A stretch of DNA of 64,000 bases from Klebsormidium nitens (lineage: Eukaryota > Plantae > Klebsormidiophyceae), in assembly GCA_000708835.1 (NCBI GenBank), contig DF237142.1, positions 65,810 to 129,809 of the forward strand, read 5' to 3'. Shown piece after piece: positions 35,709-47,364 of this stretch (position 1 is its first letter; the number at the start of each line of letters is the position of its first letter). The notes under the pieces are model-generated. The model was not told where the DNA came from and made no database searches. It worked only from the letters and a program-made list of their open reading frames with translations. A program made the translations under genes and the position numbers.

Positions 35709-36583
35709 CAGGGGTTCTGGCGCCGTGCAGATCGCCGTGCATAGCACGGCCGGGGGAATTTCTGCACGGCCGGGCGAAGCCCGCCGTGCAGATTGCCGTG
35801 CAGGCCCGGTGCCCTTGTTCCGGCCAGGTATCCCGCTGGCCGGGCACTCTCCGTCGACGGCAAGTACTCAAGAGTCTCGGAACACCTAATAATTCGAGTA
35901 AGCTAGCTATATTCAGGGCACGTTTGTCCGGCTATATTAGACTTTCCGGAAAGACCGACCCGGCCCGGCCCGGCCCGGCTTTACAAAACCTAAGCCCCCT
36001 TGAATAGTCTGGTAACTAAAGAGTGACTTCACAGCGGGGTGACTTGAGATAGGCACCCGGGAGACGGGTGGGGTTAGCATGGTGGTTAGGGTGGGTTCGG
36101 GTGCGGAGCGGGTGAGTATCTGGGTTAGATTTTTTAGTTTGTTTGGTCGGGGATTGTGAATCTTAAGTCACTCACCCGTTAAGTCACCCCGGAGTTACCA
36201 GTAGGTATCCCTTGAATCACTCTCGCAACTATACTTTCGTATGTGGCGGTCGATGGAACCTTTTGAACGGTTTGGATCTTCTAATATGCATCTTCGATTT
36301 TCTCCTCGGGGGTTTGTAAAAGAAACCTGGGTCCTGGTTGCAGCATCATAACGTCGTATACGGTTTGATATCGGTCATATGGTGTGTAAACGCGCAAATA
36401 TCAATGCCATTGAGAATATATAGCAGGCCGTGCATGGTTTGCAGCGTCAGGGGGGAAAAGCCCGGGCAGAGTCATCGGCTCGGGGCTCTCAGCTGCACCG
36501 TCACGGCCGGCAAGGCCGTTGCACGGCCGGGCGGAGCCCGCCGTGCAGAATGCACGGCCGGGAAAAATTTGCTAGAACCCCTG
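35709..36583. mobile_element. Non-autonomous hAT-superfamily element (875 bp including the nested MITE)
   Basis: TIR CAGGGGTTCT(G/A)GC, 12/13 identical. Perfect 8-bp TSD GTTGTGGA at 35701-35708 and 36584-36591. Multiple GCACGGC/GCCGTGC subterminal repeats at both ends. No transposase ORF. Confidence 0.92.
36006..36208. mobile_element. MITE nested in the hAT element
   Basis: Flanked by the direct repeat CCCTTGAAT (35997-36005 and 36209-36217). Imperfect 42-bp inverted repeats (36009-36050 and 36160-36201, 32/42 identical) built from CTGGTAACT plus two GTGACTT blocks. An 8-9 bp TSD suggests Mutator or hAT; the ends are slightly asymmetric. Confidence 0.8.
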
Positions 36584-38360
36584 GTTGTGGATGCTCAATG
36601 CAATGCCAGAGACGAAGCACAATGACGTGATGTACAGCCCTGTTAAACTTCAAAATCCAACTTCACAAGTTGCATAAATTTAAATCTCGAGTGGCGAGAG
36701 GGCGCCCTAGACATGTGATGCAACGAGAGGCGGGTAAACCAGGGCGGCCGCCACAAAGTCGACAATGGTTCCCTCGTGTGTGCATGTCCACTCTAAGTCT
36801 CTAGGCTAAGCGAGCTTAGCAAGCTGACAAATGCTGCGTGCTCATTGGTCACACTGACACTTGAGTCACCGGCACTTCTGCGGCAATGGTTGTTGTCACT
36901 ACGTAATCATTAATGTCGCGCGAAGTGGATTTGACACTTTACTTTTTACTCCAGTTTCTAGTTCTTCCTGGGCCAGCTTGCTCGCCATGGGCAATTGCCA
37001 CTTTTGCAACGTTGCATTGGATTTGTTGTTGATGCTGGACTTTGGAGGTGGTTTCTTTCAGTAAGTAATAGCCCAGAGGGCAAAGGAAAGATCAGCTCCG
37101 AGCTGCCGTTGTTTGCTGTGACAGCACCTGCAGGCTTCAGGTGAGCCTTGATGATGGAGATCTTGCATAACAAGATTGGGTTTTTATTATTTTGGCCGCA
37201 GGTACGCATCCAGATCTTCTTCTTTGCGTGTATTTCTGCTCGCTTGGTTCAGCTAATACTCACTGGACGTGAAGAGATGATGGGCTTGCAATCATTCTCA
37301 TCTGCTTGAAAGCAACTTATGAAGCTCAGTAGAAGAGGAGTACAAAAGGGAAAATGACAACATGGACCTGAAAGTTGGTCAGGACGCCGAAGGGGTCGAG
37401 AAACTTTCCTCAAAACCTGGTAGCACTCTGCAAAAGATCTGAGATGAGTTTCAATAGTCTCACATTAGCTGGTTGTTCTAGAACCTTCTTTCGCAAAAGA
37501 GGTTCACAACTTCTTGTTGAAACTAGTGTGATACTATGTGTGCTGGCTAATAAATCTGTGGTGGAGATTTTAAATCAGTGGGCAAGACTTACATCAGCAT
37601 TCAAGAAAGATCTTTGATCTCTACCATTTGTGGGCAACTCCTTCTGACCTCAAGGCATGCTCAAGTATGGCCTACAGTAAATCAACACGATGACAGCACT
37701 TTCTCAGGATCGTCTGCTCTTCTCTTTTTTAAATCCAACTTTTAAGCACCTTCAATACATGTGGCGTTATATTCAAGGGCGCAATGACAGCTCTTTGAAT
37801 CGATAAAATGACGGTTGTAAGATCAAATGGATGGAAAAAACCTGTCACATCGTTTGATTCTGGGGCACCCCCTGTGTTGCAGGACACCGTGCCAGCTTTC
37901 CTTAGGGACTGCCCCAACCTCAGCACGGACCGCACCCCTGTTGAAAGTTTTGTGGTAGACCCCGGCCGCTCGCAGCAGTCACAAAAAAAGTCACATACAA
38001 CATATAAAGGGGCAATTAAGGCGTGGGCATCATCAGTTCTCAACGGTGTGCACACAGGAGCCAGGTCCCAGCCCTTGTCCGTGCCAGCCAATATCAGTTT
38101 CTTACGGACGTCTGACACTAGCCAGTGAGGCAGAGCTGCCGCAAAGGCCCAGCCGATAGAAAGTGTCAAGCCTGAGAGGAGTGCTCGGGGAAGGGTGTGG
38201 CTGCAGGTCCACCAACGCTCTGCCAGTTTCCAAATATCACCGCACACAGTCAGAAGCTAGGAAGAGAAACCTGCCCAGCATAGACGATCACTCACTTACG
38301 TAAACATGGGCGATCGTCAGAGAAGAAGTGACACATAGTCAGCGAGAGGGCCCCTGAGCA

Positions 38361-41300
38361 ATGAGCCTCCCCCGGGGATCCCTCTTCTCAGGCAAGGTCA
38401 AGTTCGGGGGCCTGAAAGCCATAATGGTGCGCCCCGATCCGCGCTGCGTGGCGGCCGTGGCGCTCGTGTTCGTGACAGGTGTCATGCTCCGATTGGGCCT
38501 CTCGAGCAGCCCCCGATGCACGATCACAGAGCTGTCCCTGGGGTACAATATCAACTACGCCAGGATCCAACAAGATGCGGAGCAAGTCCTGGCGTCCGCG
38601 CCTAGTTGGGTGGACGACCCAATGTGGTTCCGGGACCCTGTGCCGGAGAGCCCGATGAATGAACCAGGTAAGCTCAGGGGGCCTGCGTCCAAGACAAAGA
38701 GGGGTCGTCAGGACTTCCTCCCTCGTTAAGGTCTGTCTATTCTGACAGAGGGAGCCCAAGCAGGATATGCGGAAGGAAGCCGTGTTGCGTTGCTTGAGCT
38801 ATTGTTGCGGTTTGCCTTATCTCAGATAGGGAACAGCGCATTCCCCTCCCGCCGACAAGGGACACCGTGGTTTTTCCGTTCTCATTGTCACTTGAAGCTC
38901 GTCAATCTCGTGCCCATGCACATTACCAAGATCTCATGCTTTACTTAGAAGAGTATCATGCTCTTCGCATCCGCACTTGCGCGCAGTTTTTGGCGCCCCG
39001 TTGTAGCCTCTGAACTGCCATCATAGTCAACAGCCTCCCATTCCATAGTTTCTACGTCCAAGCTACACACACGAGAAGCTTTCCTTCCCATCTTTCTTTC
39101 CGTAGATTTGAAGCCGCCGGACGTGGCCTACTATCTGCTTTGACACTGTATCACCTTCCCGTGCCGCCCAAATTTCGAGGCCCAAATCACCTTTCTGAAA
39201 CGCATTTCTTTCCCCTTTGTTCCTTGCAGACTTCTGGCGCCCCGTCGTGGCCTATCATCTATAACAACATCTATCACCTTCTCAGGCCAATTCCACGAGT
39301 TGAGGCCCAGATCGCCTTTTCTATTCCCTTTGTTTTTGCAGACTTTTGGCGCCCCGTCGTGGCCTACTATTTGTCCCCTTGGTCCCACCTGCAGCAGAAA
39401 GTGTGCCACCACATCGACTCCTCCCCAGCCTGCTCGGCGGCCGCAATCCTCCGCGCCTCCGACACTCCGCAAAAACGGATCACGAACCCCCTGCTAGACT
39501 ATGCCTGCCAGCGACTGCACACCGAATACCAGTCCTTCCGAGCACAGGTGGGGGACGGCCCCGGGGGGAGTCGACTTTTGCGAATGTCATTCTCTTGACA
39601 GTTTCGTGTGACGTGGCAGTTTAGGGGCGGAGTAATGAGCGAAATTTGGGCCAATAATCACCAGGAATCACACCCAATGAGCAGAAGAGGTCAAGAACGG
39701 ATTGTAAATGCTGGTCTTTTCAGTCTTGTTGCGGCAATCTTAAAAGTCATCGGTCGAACGTGAAACTGGGGGTAAACAGACATCAGGAAATCACAATTGA
39801 TGAGCAGAGTTTGAGAATTTTTGCCAGATTGACATGGTCGCGGGGTCATCATTTCACAAAAAGCCGATTCTCTGATTGACGGGTGTTAGAAGGTCCTGAC
39901 TGTTCAGAACACCTATCTCTGTGAAGAAACGTCGACACGTCAGCGAGGCCGACCTCGATGCATCCTCGAAGATCTACCAGCTCCAGCACCCCAGGAATGC
40001 ATTCCCACCACCTGGATTTGCCCCGCTCCCCCCAGGTGGTAAACGGCACCCTGTTCCTGTCAGAGTGCTGGTCTCTGCCCAACTGGCAGCCCACGATCGC
40101 CAACACCAAAATGGTCATTCTCGAAGCCATCCGGCAATTCGGCCCGCACGCTTTCCCTCCGGTGGACTTCACCGGGAACCAGTGGGACAACGACCTGGTG
40201 TCAATAAAAGGGCTGAACACGTCCGCCATTGAAAATGACTCCATCGGGCTGAAGTGGGCGCCGCTTCCGATCTTTAGCCCGGTGCAGCAACCGGGGAAAA
40301 CAGTGGACGTGCCGTTCCCAGGTAAGGAGCGCGGCGCTCGATTGTGAAATCTGAAAGCGGAGTGGCTTGGACTGGTTGGTATTTTCGGTGTTCGTTCGCA
40401 TGAAGCATCGCCTTCTCTCGGTGTCAAGGGGCGGGCGGTTAATAGACACCAATTGCGGGTCGGCTGGCAAAAGATCTGTAAAATTTGTAAGCCGAGAAAG
40501 AACGGATGGGTTTTTTATTTCTTGAGAAGCGTGTGGAATCGACAAAGCGTGAAATACTTTCTTTTTCTGTTTGTTAACTGCGAAGAATAGCTTAAACCTT
40601 CTTGTGGGCTGCGGGGCTGTCTTGCCAACCCTACTGGAACTTTCGAGTATTTCCATGTATTCCTTTCGTGATCTGTAATTTTTATCGTAACCGATCACCA
40701 GGTACCCCGCTTTCGAGGTCGTCGATGCCTCCGCCGCAATTCGTTGGGACTGTCGAACACATTCCATATGGATCTTTTGGATTTCTTTCCGTTCCACCTC
40801 GTCCTCGTCTCTTCTTTTTGAGACCTTCGGTTGGCAACGAAAAAAGAATATTTTGTGAAGACTGGCGGCTGTCGGTACTTCACGCATGGCCCCGTCCCCT
40901 GACCGACATTGGACTTGCTCCCCCGAACAAACACCGTCGTAAAATCGAGTCCTTGCGCATTGCGTCGCTGTTGAAGTCGTCTCGGTTCTGGATCTGCTAC
41001 GCATCTATTACAGATCCCGATTGACCTAGTCGATCAACGGCTGTTCGCCTTTCAAAACAACGCCCCGTCAGCATCGACTGACAATGGCGCAAGTCGTGCT
41101 TGAGATTCGATCCGTTTTGGCCGCAATCACGTTGCAAATTGTCTCGATATCCACCGCAAAGGTAACTTATTGCCCTCACGTTCAGTTTATGTCGCAAGGC
41201 AAATAAGCCGGACCCCGATCGCCACTATTGCCAAGACTTCTTGTGCACGTTGGGCCCCAAGGCGAGTTTGAGAGGATTTCGAGAGTGCTTGGGAAGCCTC

Positions 41301-44296
41301 TTACACAATCTCCTTCCGAAGAAGACCCCAACTTCTGTCCGTATTCTTCGTCTACGCTGGGCCTCAGCACACGACACCACAACGGTCCGAACGAGCTCGA
41401 GAAATCGCGATCCGAATCCCTCCACAAGATAGACCGTGACGATCCGTTTCTCCCCTTTTGGCCAGACTTCTCATTCATGCTGGGCCCCAACAACGAGTTC
41501 AAGACGCCCCCCTGGGACTACCGCCGTCGGATGGTGGCGGAGATTGCGTCGCGTATCCCGTGGGAGGCGCGCAGCAGCCTCGCCATCTGGAGCGGCAGCG
41601 TCGGGAAGGAGGGGTCGCAGCGGCAGGCGAGTCTGAGTCCACGTTTCCCTTCTTCTCGTCTTATTCTCGTCTTCTTCCCTTCTTCTTCTTTATCTTCTGC
41701 AGCTTTTCTTTCATTTCTCCTGACGGTAGGCTATTCTACAGCCAATTGACAAGAAACGCTATTGGACATAAAAAGTCCAGTACCTCTTGCTTCTTCCTGG
41801 CTTCGGTTTAGAAGATTGCCTATTTGTGTCAGCCTTCTCTCGAAAGGCTTCGCTTCATTGTTTGAGCCATGCACGCCCTAGGTAACCTGTCAACTCCAGC
41901 GGCTGACCTTTACCGCCAAGCACCAGTTTCTTTGGCAGCTCGGACATTTGAATTCGAGGTTGCTTCGAAGCTGACGGGGAAGAAGGCCAGTTCTCCTTCT
42001 GTGGTCAACCAGAGGCTGCTGAAATCACAATCCGCTGTTGACGAAAATTGCGAAACGGATGATCTCTTCAAATACGGATCCGACAATTGCCCAAAATACC
42101 TCGAAAAGCACTTGTGTGCTACTGGGCCTTTGCTGACCGGAAAGCCCTTTGTTTGTTCCACTGCTTTATCAGAATTGATTCAACGTGCGGCTATACTTGT
42201 ACGGAAGAGTCTAGGATTCGTCAAGGTTGTTTTCTTGTCGAGCTGACAAGCTCGAACGCTGATAGGGGTTCTTTCGACCTGTGAGCCCCTCGCAACAAGC
42301 CATTTAGAGCTTTTCGGGACTCGCTTCGGAGTGTGCTATTCAGCAACCAGCAGATTCGAGGGCGTTTCATTTGACAACAGAGTGCGATTGGCCTGCAGGA
42401 GCTGAAAGCGGTGGCAGAGGCAAATCCCGAGCTTCTGTTTGTGAACGACTTCGACGTGTACATCAGCAGGGTTAGGGCGGTGCGCAAGTGCCACGTCACG
42501 ATGCCGGGTGAGGACACTGCACACGTCACTGTTCCGATTTCAAAATTGATTGTTGTAAGCTCGCTTGCATCCGTGACTGGACGGCTCAAAGTGCCCCAAA
42601 ACCCTGTTCAGGGGCGTGTTCGGGAAAAAGTGTGACACCGTCGAATTTCGGTCGACCGTGCCAAACCCCTACGTCTAATAGGGACACGTTTCGGAGGCAC
42701 TGCTCCGTAAGATGGGACGGGTCAACCTGTGGTACGTATGATTCTGGGCCTCATCGATGTTTTGGGTTCTGATTGTGTTCTTCCGCTTGCTGCGTTTGCA
42801 CTCCCCTTCCTGGTTGCACCTTCACCCTACGAAAGACTCTAACTACAGTTTAGAGTCAGCTTGCTGAATGTACGTCAGAAATGTGCCCTTGAAAGCCTCG
42901 GACGTCCGCTTCACGCCAAAACGGACAACCATTTTTGGCGCATAGGCCCATTTGGTCTCGGTTGCACCGTGAGTTTCTTGGTCCTCATTCAGGGACGACC
43001 GATGAGAAGAGTTGCAGACTTTTCTTGGACAAGACTAGGACAAGGCAGATCCGTCTTCAGGAGGGTGAAGACCGGCTCGTCAACCAGGCATTCTTGGCGA
43101 GGCTGTCGTTCACAGTTTCTTTGCACTTCACCTTCTTTTCCCGGGCATACGGCAAAGGACGCGCTTTCTACCAATGAGTCGGCACGTTGTTCGACACACG
43201 GTGGCGTCCTTGGGAACTCGCTGCAACGACCGGGCACCTTGCACGTATGAACACCACTTGCTACGCCGTGCTGACGTATGTCTTGCTGACGTGGCAGGGG
43301 AGCTGACGGTGGGGCGGGGCATGGGCAGCAGCACGAACGCGTGCCAGATGGACTTCCACGACCTGTGCAAGTTCAAGTACCTAGTGCACATACGGGGGGG
43401 CGTCGGGGGGATGACGTGTGAGCCACGTTATCCTACTTGCGCTCCGCCCCTTGATTTACACAAATCGCTTTATCTCGCCTTTCCGGCCATGCCACTAAAA
43501 GCAGGGCCTTCTGATGGGACCCGAAACGGTTTTGACATTCAAGGTTGAGCTTTGCGTTCAGCACGTGCCTAGCTTTGAAGCACTTTATTGAAAGTTCTGC
43601 AGGATAAACTCTTCAAGCCCCTTGTTGATTTGCGTGCTTCGGTTTGATTCACGGCTCTTTTTGGGCTGCAATGCCCGGACGAGTTTTCCCAAGAACGTCT
43701 CCTTCATTCTCATTCTTGTGCGGCAATTACCTTTGTCGGTGTTGGCTCGTTCAACCTCGGCAGTGACGTTCTGCTGACGCTTTTCAGAGCAAGCTCCCAG
43801 TTGATCTACTTTGCGCACCATCTGCACTGTTTTCATTCTCTCTTCACACCGCTCAGCTAACGTTTCCCTCCTGCGTTTTCCAGACTCGAATCGGTTGAAG
43901 GACTTGTTGCTGTGCGGCTCCGTGGTTCTATACGTAGAGTACCCGTGGCAGGAGTTCTTCGAGCCGCTCTTACAACCGTGGGTGCATTACGTCCCGGTAC
44001 CAACCGTTGGGGACCTCCCCGCGGTCATCCGGGAGCTCAAACGGAACGAACGGGAGGCGAAGCGGATCGGGCGGAATGGGGCGGAGTTTGCGCAGGGCAT
44101 GGGCTCACGCGCGGTGTCGGCGTATGTGGTGGAGCTGTTTCGGCAATACGCGGCGCTGCAAGACTTCGTGCCGGAGGGCTTGCCGGACGCGACAGCTGTG
44201 CGATGCCCGCGGGATTTGTATGAGCACTATCACCTGCCGCTCGAAGATTACCCGATGTACCCATGTATGAATGAGATGCCCCGCCTGCTCGAGTAG
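38361..44296 (+). CDS. Glycosyltransferase family 90 (CAP10/rumi-like) type II membrane protein, 533 aa
   Basis: Exons 38361-38667, 39342-39547, 40036-40321, 41466-41626, 42399-42507, 43298-43417, 43884-44296. N-terminal TM segment CVAAVALVFVTGVMLRLGL. CAP10 motifs: PWEARSSLAIWSG, DLCKFKYLVHIRG...TYSNRLKDLLLCGSVVL, EFFEPLLQPWVHYVPV, A.RIG.NG..FA. Intron 4 needs a GC donor. Confidence 0.9.
38960..39375 (+). repeat. Four tandem copies of the GT90 exon-2 acceptor (unit 112-124 bp)
   Basis: YAG followed by (AC)TTYTGGCGCCCCGTYGTRGCCT at exon-start positions 38987, 39106 (divergent), 39230 and 39342 (functional). Confidence 0.9.
41190..41505 (+). repeat. Three tandem copies of the GT90 exon-4 acceptor (unit 107-123 bp)
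   Basis: Exon-start copies at 41236 (GCCAAG|ACTTCTTGTGCACGTTGGGCCCCAA), 41343 (AG lost; ATTCTTCGTCTACGCTGGGCCTCAGCA) and 41466 (functional; GCCAG|ACTTCTCATTCATGCTGGGCCCCAACA). Confidence 0.8.
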
Positions 44297-45429
44297 GGCG
44301 CTTTCACGCCGGAGGCGATGCAGCAGAGCCAACTGCAATGGTTCCGCAGCAACCAGCATGTGCGCTTAAGCGAAGGTTGGGTGTTATAAGCCGTTCTCCG
44401 GCTTTGTAAGCTTTGACTTTGCCTCCGGAAGTGGAGCCGGGTGGTCGAAATCGACCACCCAGCCAGAGCTAAGCAAACAAAATTAACACCCATGCAATGG
44501 ATCAGATAGTTCCGGCTGCCTTCATTTGACTAGCTATAGCCGAGAGCCCAAATTATGGAAACCATGTAGGCACCTATTGTTAAGTACTGAATACTTCATG
44601 CTTGTCTAGTGTGCGAGTTCCTAATACAAGCGCACATGCAATGATCAGCTCCTCGACAATCATGCGCCTTTGGCACTTTATATGGGGAGATTGCATATCT
44701 GATTACCTGCTGTGCATCAGGGCAGATTAATGCAGGCCCTGTGTCTGTGTTGCACATAGGGTACTTCTTGCATGAGCCATATCTATCATGCGTCGGGGTA
44801 CGTACGCCCTTCATGAATTAAATATACATGTGAATGTGTACCTATATTCGTAGAGAGCTCTGTCATGCACTTCATTGTCCAATTCTGACTCAGTGGGATC
44901 CTCAGTTATCGAAGTGCTTTGAATGACAGGTTCTGTTCTCGCGGCTATTCAAAGCAAGAAACATAGAATACTCCGTTTATGCACAGCACCCAGTGCTGTG
45001 GCCCATTCCGATGTTAACAGCACAAAATACAGGCATGCAAAAGCCTCAAAAGGTGAATTTATCCTTGATTCGCATTGCAAGCGCAGATGGTGTTGAATCA
45101 AGATGGCAGCCGACATGCGTCAATGAGTTCTTGAAGGGAATATGAAAAACGTTGACACCAGGCTCTCAAGATCTCGAGAACCATTGCTGCTTACGTTGAA
45201 TTCTATGTACACAAACATCCGTATCTGAAGCCCGACCAATAGCACAAGGCCGCAATCATCCCGACAGGGAGGATGAGGCCCCAGCTCGCCCGAAAAACTC
45301 AATGTGATGTCACCGCTACTTGCTGGTCTGCATTCGAGGGTGGCTGACTTGCCTGTATCAATGTAGGCTTGCTGTTCTGTTCTGTTATTGCTCATTACGC
45401 TCTTGTAGCACAGATCACAGACGTGCTGC

Positions 45430-47364
45430 CTATGCTGAGCCCATCATATCAGCAGGCTCGCCATATGGTGTCTTGCCTGTGAACTTGAGATCGGCAGGGT
45501 TTGCGTTTGACCCAATGTTCCTCATGTTCATGTTCTCGCCCTTCCTGCCAGCGTTGACCTTCTCAGGGTACACTCCGTCCTTAGGGTGCAAGTATTGGAC
45601 CTCACCGCTGCAGAAAAATGATCAACTAGTCTTTTATTTTAAACAACTCTAACAAGCAACACTAAGAAATCTTCTCACCCTCAAGCAAGACAAGCGCAAA
45701 ACTGATGCTGTGGAGACAAAACTGCAGCTGCGGTAAGGGTTGCGCGAGAAACAGAGAAACACTGAACAATTGTACTGCCACCTTGCACGTTCTCGAAAAA
45801 CAACCAGATGCCACTACATCTCACAATAAAGAGCTTCAACCGGCCCTAGGGAACCGCTGAATGACGAAGAACAAGGCACCAAGAAGTGACATACCTGGGG
45901 AACACCCTGTAGAATTGGTAGTTGATCTTGAACTTGTTCCTAAGCTGCGTTCCTAGAGCCAGGCACTGCTCCTTCCTGGCAAGTTTCAAAAGGTTGGGTC
46001 CCTTGCGAGCGATGGCAGCGCCCCCGGTTGGCAACTCAAAGATCTGCTCCTTGGGTGACTCGAAAGTGATGACATAGAACTCCTCAACCTGAGCCTTTCT
46101 AAGCAGACCGCCGGTGGACCCGCCTGCATTCAGAAACAAGGCCGCCATGAGTATGCGCAAGCGCAACCTGAAAGTGAAAGTGTTTGCTAGGATGTAGAAT
46201 TCCCTTCCCATTACTTGCCTTCCCTTCCCTTACAAGAATTTGGAAACCCTGGTGGCGATTGCCCAATACAAGCTGCATATGCTATTGCATTCTGTGCTGC
46301 CCTTGGCATACTATTTGCAATCGTTCTTATCCTATCATGGCACCCTAGCTAGAATGGGGTGCCTGGTCTGAATACGGGCAGCAACTTCCAATAGATAATC
46401 AGGAGAAAAGTGACATTGGCAAACACTGTTACTGGAAAGCTTGCTGCAAACAGAGTAGTCTTGAGGTTGAGGTGAATGCAGCTGTTCATGCTACAGCGCA
46501 GCCGGAATTTGCACAGGACTGCTTGTTAACCACCCTTGGTCAAGACCATTGCCGGGTCTTCTCAAATATACAATACCTTCTTAATTTGTGCCATTCAGAT
46601 GCCAGATGCAACATTGTCACCATCCTTTTGTCGTGCAACGCTCTCTTTCAGACCACCAGAAACACACCCGTCATAACGAACCAAATCCCGCAAGCTAATC
46701 AGGAGGTATGCACTTGGCAGAATCCAACCCCTGAAAGCTGACACCTCACCGAGATGCTTGAGACAAACTAGGAAGAGCGATTATCAGCTAACATTCTAGC
46801 ACAGTCCTTTTTGAGCTTTTATCCATATTGATCACAGCCAATGCATTTGCAGGTCAGCAGGACGATTGCATACAGCGTGACCTGATCTTGGTTTATTGCC
46901 AACTAAAGCTAAAGGCAGTGGCCGGTGTCTCTCATTCTCCCTGAAAACCTGTCTCCGAGGCTCAGACTTGCCGTAATTCTGCATTGCTTATGAGGACTAA
47001 GTATCCAGAACCAAGCTAGGACCTTACAACTCTGCTCATCAATCTGCGAACCAAAGGAGACAGTTTGTCCTTGAAATCTGCACTCACCGAAGATGGGAGA
47101 AGGGATAGATGAGTCCAAGGTGGGGGGGGTGAAAGGCTTCTTCTCAGCCTTTCCCTCTGGCGGCTTAACAGCGGTGCTCTTCTCCTCCATTACTGTCCTG
47201 TGCCCAGACTGCACCGCAGCCAGCCTCTGGCCCCTGAAAGCGCTGCCCCTCATTGGGATGCCAGACACAAAGCTCCTGACCTGCACAGTCTGGCTGGCCG
47301 CTGCCGACCCAGCCACCGAGGTGGCGGCCACACTGGTCGAAGCACGGGCAAGAGAGGAAGCCAT
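45430..47364 (-). CDS. psaD: Photosystem I reaction-centre subunit II (PsaD) precursor, 227 aa
   Basis: Exons 47364-47088, 46123-45895, 45607-45430. Motifs: [82 protein letters not shown]. Confidence 0.97.

Noticed and set aside
37729-38310. ORFs on both strands and a strong minus-strand donor (GTAAGTGAGT at 38299)
   Set aside because: No recognisable product, and splicing its ATG to the EF-P acceptor is out of frame. It could be leader sequence, but I cannot support a model.
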